Source: a virus | Length of the DNA stretch: 64,000 nucleotides | Direction: 5' to 3' (one strand) | Virus record (IMG/VR): IMGVR_UViG_3300044722_000002 | Location: 9,123-73,122 of that record | In this document: positions 17,845 through 27,525 of the stretch, in pieces | How positions within the stretch are numbered: the first letter of the stretch is position 1 | How the letters are laid out: each line of letters opens with the position of its first letter | The notes under the pieces: model-generated | The model's input: the letters and a program-made list of their open reading frames with translations, nothing else | Databases searched by the model: none | Told to the model about the DNA's origin: nothing | Program-made: the position numbers and the translations under genes

Positions 17845-18237
17845 TTACTCCTTCTCTTTCACATCTCGTCCCGCCTGTACTCGCTGCATTTCAAGGCCCA
17901 GTTCCGCGATTCGCTTTCCATCCTCAGCTTCGAGGGCCGCCTTCAGCTGATCGTTCAGTTCGGCCATTCGTTTTGGAATGCCAATGAGGCTGCCGTAACC
18001 AAGAGCGTCTAATTCTGCCTCCGCCCAATCGACAACTTCATCATGGCTGCCATCGCGATCAAGTAAAGGGCCGTCAAACGTATCCAACACCGCCCTGAGT
18101 GCTAACGCCAGCCGTCGCTCTCGACTGATCGCTGCGCGTGGAGTGGTCTCCGTTTTCACCTTTTTGCTTGCCATTGCGTTCCTTTCAGTTGCCAGCTCGA
18201 TTGAACGTCGTAGTTGGAATTCGAGATCACCGCTCAT
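17845..18237 (-). CDS. Hypothetical protein
   Basis: ATGA coupling; an internal start MASKK with AAGGA RBS is also possible. Confidence 0.55.
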   Translation of the reverse strand: MSGDLEFQLRRSIELATERNAMASKKVKTETTPRAAISRERRLALALRAVLDTFDGPLLDRDGSHDEVVDWAEAELDALGYGSLIGIPKRMAELNDQLKAALEAEDGKRIAELGLEMQRVQAGRDVKEKE

Positions 18238-18503
18238 TGTGTATACGACTTAAACAGTCGCTCCCTCGCGCCGGGAAACTTCGCCTCGTATTCGGGATCG
18301 ACCTCGCCTAACTCGTATAGCGTTCCGGATTTCGTGCGCACGACTCCATTCTCTACGCCAGCAATAGGGGACGTGACAATCGACTTGCCGTCAGACTTGC
18401 GATGATGGCCCGTTACCGTCCCCGTCAACGACGGCTGCGCCCATTCTGGCGGATCGTAAGGCCCTCGTGTGTCTATCACAGACCACTGCTCTAGTTTTGG
18501 CAT
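18234..18503 (-). CDS. Conserved phage hypothetical protein
   Basis: LEQWSV...GTVTGH...DG..IVTSPI...T.SGT.YEL motif; RBS AAGGAG. Confidence 0.65.
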   Translation of the reverse strand: MPKLEQWSVIDTRGPYDPPEWAQPSLTGTVTGHHRKSDGKSIVTSPIAGVENGVVRTKSGTLYELGEVDPEYEAKFPGARERLFKSYTQ

Positions 18504-18544
18504 AGAGACTCACTCCTTTGCGCGCTCAACGTCCAATGTAATTA

Positions 18545-18935
18545 TTCTGCGGACAGGTCACGTTAATTCGAGCTTTATCTTCGGCTCAAGCAGGGTTACC
18601 CCAGAGAGCTGGCCTGTCCGCAAAAGGGCGGGCTGTGAGGGTCTTTAACCCCCGGCTCGCGCTTCCCGCTACCCGCAGGCCTGACTCTGGCAGCCCAGAA
18701 AAATTGTCAACGACCGTCTCTCCGATCTGTCACGCCATAGTCTGTGCGTCCGCCAAGCTTAGCCGTGCTGGTTAGGCTCGGCGTCAGGCGGCCTTCTGGT
18801 TCCCGGCGTCCTCGTACCGCGATATCTCCCTTGCACTCGGGGGCCAGATCGTACCGTGTCTCTCCGCTGGCAATGAATCCTTAGGTGCAGCAACCAAGCA
18901 CCCTTAGGGACACGTCATGTATTTCGTTGTCATCT
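18545..18935 (-). ncRNA. Putative structured non-coding RNA cluster, including a tRNA-like domain at 18626-18696
   Basis: About 430-nt gap with no ORF of 60 aa or more on the operon strand, containing many nested helices (see findings). Confidence 0.5.
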
Positions 18936-18938
18936 ACG

Positions 18939-19154
18939 CTACCAATCGCCGCCATCGTTTTCAATTGGAATAGCATCCAAGGCGTAGTCCTGATCCATGC
19001 CACCTGTTCGCGTAACCGCACGCTGCCCGTCCTTCTTCCGCATCACCCACAAAGTCCCGTCGGCGGAGAAGAGCCATAAGGACCTGGGCCAGATTCTCGC
19101 CGTTGCCAATAGCGCATCAACAGCACGTCGCTCTTCTTTGTTTAATTCGCGCAT
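18939..19154 (-). CDS. Hypothetical protein
   Basis: WP.SLWLFSA.G.L.VM...I.NDGGDW phage family-like motif. Confidence 0.6.
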   Translation of the reverse strand: MRELNKEERRAVDALLATARIWPRSLWLFSADGTLWVMRKKDGQRAVTRTGGMDQDYALDAIPIENDGGDW

Positions 19155-19487
19155 CGCCCACCCCGAACAGTAAACCGAGTGAAATCACTTTGCGCGGCCA
19201 CTTTGTCGGCAGGATGCCCTCATCCGCGCCCCGGCGTTTAAGCACAAGCCGCGCAAGCTGATTCTTTGTTTCAACCTAAAAAGTCTTTCAAGCTGGCAAC
19301 GGCCTCTTCAAGGGTAGCGTATCCCGTTACCGGAGACGCGGCACGCACGCGCGCCCATTCGCGTGCCCACGGAACCATCGCGGACTCGGGTAGCGCAATG
19401 CTTTTGCCCCGCTTGATTCTCGACGAGATACTCCGCGAGCCTGACAATGAATTGTGTCTTGTGCCGTCCATTTGCATTCCCTTCTCC

Positions 19488-19742
19488 TTACGCCTTAACC
19501 ATCCCTGCCGCTATCTCCGCATCCTCTAGGACGTTGTAGCGATCGTCAAGTTCGCCAATCTCTTTTGTTAGCCGGTCAATTTCCGTGACGCGAAGTTTCC
19601 GTGCGGCGATGATTGCCTCTTTTTCAGAGTTGAACAAGCAGTCAGATGGATACAGATGGCATACCAGAGCGTCAATCCAAAAAACCGGCGGCCCCTTCAA
19701 GCCGGTAGACGCTAACCATGAATCACTTGCTCGACGAGTCAT
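19488..19742 (-). CDS. Hypothetical protein
   Basis: Coupled to the upstream HTH gene. Confidence 0.5.
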   Translation of the reverse strand: MTRRASDSWLASTGLKGPPVFWIDALVCHLYPSDCLFNSEKEAIIAARKLRVTEIDRLTKEIGELDDRYNVLEDAEIAAGMVKA

Positions 19743-19743
19743 T

Positions 19744-19944
19744 TCACTTCCCGCCCTTTCGTGGCCCAGGCTTTGTGTTCCGTTTCTTCATTCGCGCTAC
19801 CTGGGCCGGCGTGTAGGCGCTAACAGGCTGCCCCCACGCGTTTCGGCTCCTTGCTGCCGCTATCCCCGTCGCCCCGGCAATTTGACTAACGCGTGAAGGG
19901 GTAACGTTCAACATGGCCGCAACTTCCTGTCTTGTGTATCTCAT
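19744..19944 (-). CDS. Small HTH DNA-binding protein
   Basis: YTRQEVAAMLNVTPSRVSQIA; C-terminal KPGPRK. Confidence 0.75.
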   Translation of the reverse strand: MRYTRQEVAAMLNVTPSRVSQIAGATGIAAARSRNAWGQPVSAYTPAQVARMKKRNTKPGPRKGGK

Positions 19945-19951
19945 GGAACGG

Positions 19952-19981
19952 ACTCTAGCATGGTAGTTACTAACCTGTCAA
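19952..19981 (-). promoter_or_regulatory. sigma70-type promoter, leaderless geometry
   Basis: TTGACA-N18-TAGAGT (extended TG)-N7-ATG; imperfect palindrome in the spacer. Confidence 0.7.
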
Positions 19982-19990
19982 GGGAATAAG

Positions 19991-20299
19991 TCACTCCCTG
20001 CCTCTGTGCGCTTCACGCCACGAAGCGGGACAGCGTGTTTCCTCGATACCCTCTTCAGTGATTCCTTCGATTATCATTTTGGCCTGTTTCTTAATCTCAC
20101 GCGCCTTCTCGCACTCCGCACACGCGCAGGTTCTTATGTCGTGCTTGGTGGTCAATGCATGATTTAAGGCAGACAGGAGGTCGTTAACAACACCCTCCGC
20201 TCTATGCGCCCGTTCCATGTAAGTTTTTATGCGTTCACCGCGCGCCTTGAAGCTTGTGCGGTAGATCGCGTCTCGGATTTCGCTTGGACGATCATCCAT
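19991..20299 (-). CDS. Hypothetical protein
   Basis: RBS GGAG. Confidence 0.55.
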   Translation of the reverse strand: MDDRPSEIRDAIYRTSFKARGERIKTYMERAHRAEGVVNDLLSALNHALTTKHDIRTCACAECEKAREIKKQAKMIIEGITEEGIEETRCPASWREAHRGRE

Positions 20300-20506
20300 C
20301 TTTTAAGTCTCCGGTATTCTCAATAGAGTTGCGCGAAGTTCAGGTCGCTCGACAAGCCGGGGCAGGTTCGACAAGGATACCGTTCGCTCCACACGGCACG
20401 TTACCGCTACCTGTCGCCCTCAATGCCCCACGCGACTCATCAGAAAACCAACCAGCCGACCGCTCCCATCCCCGAGATAGGTCGTACAGACCGGTTTTAC
20501 TTAATC

Positions 20507-20707
20507 TTACTGGATGGCTTTCTGATCAATCGCGCGAACAAGATCATCGAACAGTTGTTTGATCAGGGACTTCAAAGCGGCTCTCTCTGCCTCCCGCTCA
20601 CGGACTAACGCCCGGGCAAACTCGCGCCACTGGCTTGCGTCGCCAACTGCCACGTCAGGGCCGCCCAGCAACGTCAACATCATTTCATGTTCATGGCGCA
20701 GGCTCAT
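20507..20707 (-). CDS. Hypothetical protein
   Basis: ATGA coupling. Confidence 0.5.
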   Translation of the reverse strand: MSLRHEHEMMLTLLGGPDVAVGDASQWREFARALVREREAERAALKSLIKQLFDDLVRAIDQKAIQ

Positions 20708-20931
20708 TGCTCAGCCCTCTCGGCCCGTACGCCCGCGTAGGGATTATAACCGTCATTGCGCGCATCGCGGCACCACTTAAACCTGCTGCCGTTGCGAGCA
20801 AAGTCACCGTAAGGAGCACGGAGCATTTCACGGACACCCAACGCAATCGCGTCTCGCTTTGTTTCAGCCGTGATCTCAATCACGTCGCAGCCATATTCCG
20901 TTGGCCCAGTGCCGTAATCGAGAACCGGCAC
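20704..20931 (-). CDS. Hypothetical protein
   Basis: Coupled ORF; true start may lie further upstream. Confidence 0.45.
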   Translation of the reverse strand: MPVLDYGTGPTEYGCDVIEITAETKRDAIALGVREMLRAPYGDFARNGSRFKWCRDARNDGYNPYAGVRAERAEQ

Positions 20932-21198
20932 GACTACTCCGTATTCAGGGGTGATAACTAACCAGCGTTTCAGACGTGTTATTGCTCAACCCTCTCTTAC
21001 CGTTCCGGCAATCAGCATCGTCACTGGCTCAGGCGTGTCCACCTCAGCGGTTACCCAGTAGAGCGCAGGATCATCCAGGGTAATGGACATGCTTTTCAAA
21101 AGCAAATTCTTTAGCTTGGGATGGTTTCATCCAAGAGGCTCCCGAGCAGTTCCATTCGCCTTTAGGGCCTACCGCGACTGCGATTTTAATTTGAACCT

Positions 21199-21606
21199 TC
21201 ATACCGTCACGACCCGCTGTTCTTCAACGCGCTCGACTTCTTCCGTGATCGTAATAAACCCCAGCTTCTCTTCCTCCATGTATAGCCAGTCCGCGATTGC
21301 TTCGCGCGTCCAGCGATGCTCGTCGTTTAGATGGACTATCGCGTCAACGGCGTGCGAATAATTAAAACTTCCACGCGGGCACCTTAAGTTCGGGCATTCA
21401 TTGAAAAGAATCTTTTGAAGATAGGAAAACTCAGCACAAACAGCCTCGCGCACCTCCCCGGTCCGGGCCCCTCTCTTGCCCGCTATAGCCTCGTACCCCG
21501 CGCCAAGCGCGCAACTTCCACCCTTGGAAAACGTAGCGGTAAACGTTTGCAGTCTCAACTTTGCTCCATCCCTGATCGCCTCCGAAAAACAACAGTGCTG
21601 TTTCAT
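21199..21606 (-). CDS. Phage hypothetical protein (CALGA...LND...IADWL family)
   Basis: RBS GAGGAG; recurrent motif. Confidence 0.65.
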   Translation of the reverse strand: MKQHCCFSEAIRDGAKLRLQTFTATFSKGGSCALGAGYEAIAGKRGARTGEVREAVCAEFSYLQKILFNECPNLRCPRGSFNYSHAVDAIVHLNDEHRWTREAIADWLYMEEEKLGFITITEEVERVEEQRVVTV

Positions 21607-21618
21607 CTCGTTCTCCTC

Positions 21619-21816
21619 TTAACCCACTAAGTATCCCACCAAATACCCCAACCCGATCAGCCCACAGAGACACAACACCACCCGTCCCGTGCTCCACCGC
21701 TCTCGTTTGAACCGTATCCCTGACGAGTACACCGGTCGCACGCTGCTGGTTATCTGTGCCGTCTGGTAGTAGCGAGGCTTGCGTTCGATGTAGTTGAAAT
21801 TCCAGTTAAGGCTCAT
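21619..21816 (-). CDS. Small membrane protein
   Basis: C-terminal TM segment. Confidence 0.5.
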   Translation of the reverse strand: MSLNWNFNYIERKPRYYQTAQITSSVRPVYSSGIRFKRERWSTGRVVLCLCGLIGLGYLVGYLVG

Positions 21817-21819
21817 AGC

Positions 21820-22260
21820 TTATGCTGCTTTCCTTTTCTGCTGCTTGTCGATTTTCGCGGCCCTCTCGACGATCAGATCACAGGCGGCGTCGAATAAGAC
21901 GTTATCCAGCGCGGGCGGCTCTTCGTAGTCGTTGCATTCGTAACACTCACACCCGCTGCCATGTGTGTTTGGACGATCTACCGATAGCCCGATTAACTGT
22001 TCACGGAGACTGTCGGCTTGCGCGAACTTGAAATTCTTAAGAAAGTCGGTGAAAGAGTTCAGATCGGATCGTCGTCCTCCGCCTGCGTCAAAGTTGCAGC
22101 CACCGTTATTTCCAACGTCGTAAACCACGTTACCCATAACGCGCAACATTTCGCCCGCCTCGGTTTCCGCTTCACCGACATCTGGAACGAGTTTTTGGAC
22201 AAGTCGGTCATAAGTCTTTTGACGTTTGCCGTTGCTGTACCAGTATTTCATTAGAGACAT
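21820..22260 (-). CDS. Phage hypothetical protein
   Basis: YW...G..Q..YD.L...LVP..G.A.T..GE.LR...YD..NNG motif; RBS GGGAG. Confidence 0.65.
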   Translation of the reverse strand: MSLMKYWYSNGKRQKTYDRLVQKLVPDVGEAETEAGEMLRVMGNVVYDVGNNGGCNFDAGGGRRSDLNSFTDFLKNFKFAQADSLREQLIGLSVDRPNTHGSGCECYECNDYEEPPALDNVLFDAACDLIVERAAKIDKQQKRKAA

Positions 22261-22325
22261 CTCCCTTGCTTTGTACCTCGATAGGTAACGTAGGAATAGG
22301 AGTAGTTGATCATTTCGCTTGCTCT

Positions 22326-22778
22326 TTACTCTGTTACTTTACCCGTGTTGAGAATGTGGGTTAAGTAACGAATTGCCACCCGTGCCTGTCCGCGTTGTGT
22401 TTTGGCTTTTTCCCACTGAGAGTTGAACGGACTGGGCCATGCGTGCTCAGGTGAAGGATCGAATAAAACCGCTCGCTCTGTGCGGTACTCAGACACCCAG
22501 TTCTCCCCTGTGAGACCTAAACTCTCGGCAGCGCGATCTAGATCAACTCTTGCCCACTTAAGACTACCCCTTCCTGAGAGTATGTCTGCCCAACCCCCAA
22601 TACACGCGGCTGTACCGCAAGGAGCATTGTCGTCAAAGATCGCTTCCTGTCCCTGATCGTAGGCCATCGGAGCCGCTTCCAGTTTCCTGATCACCTTGCG
22701 GAACAACGCAAAGTTCAACGGTGGTAATCCAGCCTGCTTGCGTTCCGAGTTAATCTGCCGTGATGTTTTCTTTTTCAT
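22326..22778 (-). CDS. Phage hypothetical protein (CGTAACIGGW family)
   Basis: RBS GAGGG; recurrent motif. Confidence 0.65.
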   Translation of the reverse strand: MKKKTSRQINSERKQAGLPPLNFALFRKVIRKLEAAPMAYDQGQEAIFDDNAPCGTAACIGGWADILSGRGSLKWARVDLDRAAESLGLTGENWVSEYRTERAVLFDPSPEHAWPSPFNSQWEKAKTQRGQARVAIRYLTHILNTGKVTE

Positions 22779-22980
22779 TTCACCCTCTCCATTGAGTAAG
22801 AAGCAAATCGTTTACCGTTCTTCTTGATCATTGCCGAGAGAATCTTATGGCCCTCTCGTTTCAAGTCCCACACTCTTGCGCCGAGACGGAAACAACCAAA
22901 CTCTCCTAAAGCCCCTCCGTCTGGCTATTCGCTCTGCGATAGGCGCAAACGGATTCAAGCTGGCGAGATTAGCCGATAGT

Positions 22981-23445
22981 CTACCAGCGTGAACGAACAA
23001 AAGTATCGGTAGCAAGAGGTCTGCACCTCGTCGCGGCTGCAAGTGTCGCGACGAGGTGTTTGACTGTCTGGTTGGTTCTTATGCGCGCTTCCTCGGGCGT
23101 GGCGCATTCGCTGGCGTCGATCTCCACGATCCAGTTATCCTCGTGAACAAGGTCACGTTCAGGATTCCATACTGGGAACATTGCAAATCCCGCCGTCAGA
23201 ATGCCCGGCAACGCAGTTCGCGAAATCTCCCGAATCCAACTATGGAGTAGAGCCCGATCCAGGGCCACGAAAACCACGTTCGGCTTGGCGTGGCGGAACT
23301 CTTGCGGTCTAAAATGACCTTCGCATGAGGAAACCGTATCAAACCCTTGTTCGCGCATAGCTGTGACAAGGATGGCGATCCCGGCGTCTATTTCACCAGC
23401 AAGCGGGTTGATTGACTCTGTTATTGATTTTGCGAGCCTTGGCAT
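22981..23445 (-). CDS. Protein with TYW3-like N-terminal motif
   Basis: IDAGIAILV...GFDTVSSCEGH; TAGACT-N6-ATG leaderless-type start. Confidence 0.55.
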   Translation of the reverse strand: MPRLAKSITESINPLAGEIDAGIAILVTAMREQGFDTVSSCEGHFRPQEFRHAKPNVVFVALDRALLHSWIREISRTALPGILTAGFAMFPVWNPERDLVHEDNWIVEIDASECATPEEARIRTNQTVKHLVATLAAATRCRPLATDTFVRSRW

Positions 23446-23653
23446 TGGGACAGTCTACCCCAGAGCCTTTATTTTTGGGATTTCAAATTAAGACACTACC
23501 GGAGCCACGATACGCCACAGGGGATCGCCGATCCATCTGGTAACATTGCGAGCGCGAGTCTTTGCAGCGTCCGCGCTAACGTGCGTAGAGTGCCCGCGCC
23601 ACGACGTGCCGTTGATCCCTCTTTCCAGCCGCCACATGTTCACTTCTTCTCCT

Positions 23654-24396
<743 letters not shown>

Positions 24397-24400
<4 letters not shown>

Positions 24401-24900
24401 TGCTGCTCTTTCTCCTTCATCAGCCAGTTGAAAATCTTCATCAGGTTTTTGCCGTCGGGAACCGTCTCGCCATTTTCAATTCGACTTATCGACGGGGCGG
24501 ACAATCCTATTTCTCGGCCGGCCCCGCGGAGGCCAAGCCGCGACATTGCCCGCCACTTGTACAGCACGTCACCTAAATTCAAGGTAACTGGCTCAAGGCA
24601 AGGCGACGTACCGTTCCAGCTCGGCTTAAGGCTAGCAATATAAAAGTCCTCGCCGCTCTCAATGTCCGCACACGGCATTGCGTCCCAGTAGATTCGCACC
24701 CCTGTCAAATTCTTAATCCATTGCCATCGCATGTGCGTAGCCCAGCGCACGCGCAGGTTTACCGATCGACCAACGTATAAAACCTCCTGCTCGTCTGAAA
24801 CCACAATATAAACACCAGATGAATCAGGCAGAGACGCTCTTTCCTCTGCTGGAAGAGACGGCAATTGGAACAGCTTACACTCGGTCATTTCTTCCTCCAT
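24397..24900 (-). CDS. GIY-YIG nuclease domain fused to C-terminal XRE HTH
   Basis: SGVYIV...LYVGRSVNLRVRW..H...E...I..LKP.WN, then LGLRGAGREIGLSAPSISRIENG. Confidence 0.8.
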
Positions 24901-25097
24901 CTCGCGTTAGCCGCGTTGGTGGCGATTTCCTTCCGCCGTTTCTTGCTCAGCTTTTTAGCCCGCGCCGCGCCCCCCGCACGTGCGCCATTCATTAGCCGCT
25001 CGAAACTGTCCGCAAGTTTCTCCATGCCCTTGATCGTTCGGAGCTTGGCGACATTGCGCCTCGCTCTCAACTCCGTGTCTGCTGTTTTCTTGTTCAT
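24885..25097 (-). CDS. Small basic protein (GG.ARA.KL...RR.EIA..AA.ARW family)
   Basis: Motif present; has its own promoter. Confidence 0.7.
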   Translation of the reverse strand: MNKKTADTELRARRNVAKLRTIKGMEKLADSFERLMNGARAGGAARAKKLSKKRRKEIATNAANARWRKK

Positions 25098-25105
25098 GGG
25101 CAGTA

Positions 25106-25134
25106 AGCATAGCTTAGAGGGTAAGCAGTGTCAA
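25106..25134 (-). promoter_or_regulatory. sigma70-type promoter, leaderless geometry
   Basis: TTGACA-N17-TATGCT-N8-ATG; TGCTTAC direct repeat. Confidence 0.7.
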
Positions 25135-25137
25135 TAC

Positions 25138-25593
25138 TTATTTTTCAACCAGCGGATTATTTTTATTCAGGCTGGAATAGCGGGTAAATAAATCTCCGAG
25201 TTCGGTTGCGCCCCATTTGTGGGTATGGTTGTTTTGTTCGATTAGACGATCAATCGTGCCCTGTCCGAACCTGGCGAGCATCCACTTGTAGTACAGAACG
25301 ACATTGCCTTGTGCGCCGACATTACAGCCATAACATTGTGGCCAAACCCCGGTCTCGTTAAAGAGAGTTGCGTTTAGTCGGCCTCTGATAAAATGTCCCG
25401 CCTGAAGGTCGCGCCAGAACTTTCTAACTCCACAGGTTACGCAAGTGTTCCAACCTTCAGAGTCTGCTCCGCGAGTTCGGATGAAGATTGAAAACTGAAC
25501 CCATACCTTCTTTTTGGTCTGGCTAACTGAGGGTTTTTTCTTCTTGACAGACTTTGACTTGAAAGCGGTTCGCTTCATAAAACCGCGTTTCAT
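25138..25593 (-). CDS. ninG: NinG/Rap-like recombination nuclease
   Basis: FSIFIR.R...CVTCG...QAGHFI.R...F.E..V.PQC..CN...GN...Y. Confidence 0.8.
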   Translation of the reverse strand: MKRGFMKRTAFKSKSVKKKKPSVSQTKKKVWVQFSIFIRTRGADSEGWNTCVTCGVRKFWRDLQAGHFIRGRLNATLFNETGVWPQCYGCNVGAQGNVVLYYKWMLARFGQGTIDRLIEQNNHTHKWGATELGDLFTRYSSLNKNNPLVEK

Positions 25594-25850
25594 ATCTTTA
25601 CTCGGTAGTTTCTGAATTGTGGGCCAGACTTCATTTTATCGACCTTCCGCATTCGGGATCGTGGGCCACGTGCTTTAACTTCGCTACTGATTGTCTCAAG
25701 CTGACTACCCCACGATCTTCCCGAAGTAAGTTTTCCAATACAACAGTCGCCGATTATCCCAAGACCAGGTACGTCAACAGCCATTACGTCCTCTTCTGGT
25801 ATCTTCCGTCCACAGGGAGTACCAGGTACACCAAAGCATCTAGAAACCAT
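25590..25850 (-). CDS. Hypothetical protein
   Basis: Probable start MVSRCFG with GGAG RBS. Confidence 0.45.
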   Translation of the reverse strand: MVSRCFGVPGTPCGRKIPEEDVMAVDVPGLGIIGDCCIGKLTSGRSWGSQLETISSEVKARGPRSRMRKVDKMKSGPQFRNYRVKI

Positions 25851-26109
25851 TTCGTTCTCTCCGATCTCGTGGGGTAACAAGTTCAACCTTCTGTCCGCAT
25901 TTTTTACAAACAGGAAATCCGTTAGCAAGACAATCCGCGATCTCTGAAACAGAGCAAGGGCGTTCTTTATCACAGAGATTACACCTGAGAGTTGAGCCGT
26001 CAGGGAAAGCATGTTGGGCGATCATTTTCAGAGCGCGCCCGGCTACAGATTTGAATGATTCCGGTTGGCTATAATTCATGTGAACACGTTCGCGCCGCGT
26101 CATAGCCAT
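25840..26109 (-). CDS. Zinc-ribbon protein
   Basis: CNLC...GFPVCKKCG. Confidence 0.55.
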   Translation of the reverse strand: MAMTRRERVHMNYSQPESFKSVAGRALKMIAQHAFPDGSTLRCNLCDKERPCSVSEIADCLANGFPVCKKCGQKVELVTPRDRRERNGF

Positions 26110-26509
26110 TTTGCTGTTTAACTATTTCGTACCCGGTGTTAAAGCATCGTTCGCAAAACCCGTGCGTGATCTGTTTATGGCCAGAACGGTTCGACGCAGA
26201 CGCGGACTCTCTAATCGCATTCAGTGCCGCGCATAGCTCGGAAGCGTCGAGTGGATAACTGGACAGCCTTGTTCGTCGAGCATGAAGATAACAATCGTTC
26301 AGCAGGATTTCAGGTACGTGGCCGTACAGGACTTCAAGCCATCCGGCAGTAGCAACTTTCAGCTCAGTGGCTGACAGTGGCATCCCAACTGGGCGTGACT
26401 TCGTGATTATTTCCGCCACCTTCGCCGCGTAGCTCTGCGATGACCTCGAAGCTCTCTCTAAGGTTTCGTTCTGACTTTGATTCAGGGTGTTCAGGGTGTC
26501 CATTTCCAT
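26069..26509 (-). CDS. Putative helicase loader-like protein
   Basis: Position directly after the initiator; W..VL...P...EL pattern plus CERC.NTG. Confidence 0.45.
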   Translation of the reverse strand: MEMDTLNTLNQSQNETLERASRSSQSYAAKVAEIITKSRPVGMPLSATELKVATAGWLEVLYGHVPEILLNDCYLHARRTRLSSYPLDASELCAALNAIRESASASNRSGHKQITHGFCERCFNTGYEIVKQQNGYDAARTCSHEL

Positions 26510-27269
26510 TTTGCGCCCTCGCTATAAACTGTTCCACGTGTTTTACGTCCCGGCAGATAAGTTCAATGTCATCGTAAACCGCCCCGGAGTCATTTTGCCC
26601 TTGGTGGTAAGGTGACGCCCGACAACCCGCGACCGCCAGCGTGAGATCGTCAACCGAAAACCCGTCAACAAGGCGAGCCTCAATCTTACTTAGCCGCTCC
26701 TTGCTTAATCTTGCGCTGGGGTGATTCATAACCACCTTCCACTTCTCAAACACTAAATGCGCTTTATTCTCAGAAGAAGTCTCAGTTGTAGTCTCTTGGT
26801 TAGTCTCAGTAAAGGATGCCGCCATTTTGGCGTGATCGGATGACGACAACTTGGCGCGATCCATAGCGCCAACTTGGCGTGTTCCATGCCGCCATTTTGG
26901 CGTCCTCGATGACGACAACTTGGCGTGATCCAGAACCATACGGTCAGAGAGTTTGCCTAGCTCCTCGTATTCAACTGAATACCAGTTTTTTTGGTCTCGA
27001 TCGGTGGCTGTGAATTGGTGAACGACGATGAGATTTTGATCCAGTAGGCTGCGGACTATTCTTTGCATCGTTCGGAGTGACCAAAAGGGAAATTGCTCAT
27101 GCCACTCCTCATAGGTGTTGTATGTCCATCGACGCTCATCGTGTTCGTGTCTGGACTTCACTAGCCAGTAGTGGAGCTGCTGAAGGAATATTGCTTCGTT
27201 TAGCCCGATCTGTTTGGCGAGCTGGGGTAAGACCTGAAGGGGCTGTTCGTCGATAAGTAGTTTCGGCAA
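26364..27269 (-). CDS. Phage replication initiator (lambda O-like)
   Basis: LLIDE.PLQVLP.LA..IGLNEAI.LQQLHYWL...WTYNTYEEW..QFPFWS winged HTH; internal iterons; RBS AGGAG. Confidence 0.9.
   Translation of the reverse strand: MPKLLIDEQPLQVLPQLAKQIGLNEAIFLQQLHYWLVKSRHEHDERRWTYNTYEEWHEQFPFWSLRTMQRIVRSLLDQNLIVVHQFTATDRDQKNWYSVEYEELGKLSDRMVLDHAKLSSSRTPKWRHGTRQVGAMDRAKLSSSDHAKMAASFTETNQETTTETSSENKAHLVFEKWKVVMNHPSARLSKERLSKIEARLVDGFSVDDLTLAVAGCRASPYHQGQNDSGAVYDDIELICRDVKHVEQFIARAQNGNGHPEHPESKSERNLRESFEVIAELRGEGGGNNHEVTPSWDATVSH
26815..26930. repeat. Five 23-bp iterons (probable replication origin)
   Basis: Units at 26815, 26839, 26862, 26885 and 26908 with core CG(C/A)CA..TTGGCG. Confidence 0.85.
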
Positions 27270-27284
27270 TAGGTGTGCTCCTAC

Positions 27285-27410
27285 GAAAAAGCGACTAACA
27301 GAATCGCGTCACGTCTTTTGCCCGCCTTCTCTTGGACCCGAGTAGTCAAGATAAGCTGACGCAAACGCGACTCTGTTAGTCGCACTCGGAATGGAATAAC
27401 CGGGGCAAAT
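27285..27410 (-). promoter_or_regulatory. Structured 5' leader/attenuator of the initiator gene
   Basis: 19-bp inverted repeat 27291-27309 / 27365-27383 followed by a T tract just before the RBS. Confidence 0.6.
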
Positions 27411-27477
27411 CGGTGTTTCTCAAAAGCTCAGAACTAAGCTACAGAGAAGTTATCAAAGAACCGTTTCGGAATCAATG

Positions 27478-27513
27478 AAAAAGTTTGGGGGCACCCTCCC
27501 AGCAGGTGCCCTT
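27478..27513 (-). terminator. Terminator after SSB
   Basis: GGGCACC...GGTGCCC hairpin followed by a T tract on the minus strand. Confidence 0.55.
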
Positions 27514-27525
27514 CCTTCCAAAAAG

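Noticed and set aside
26815-26930. 23-bp repeats as a mini-CRISPR
   Set aside because: Units are contiguous, without spacers, and lie inside the initiator gene, which fits iterons.
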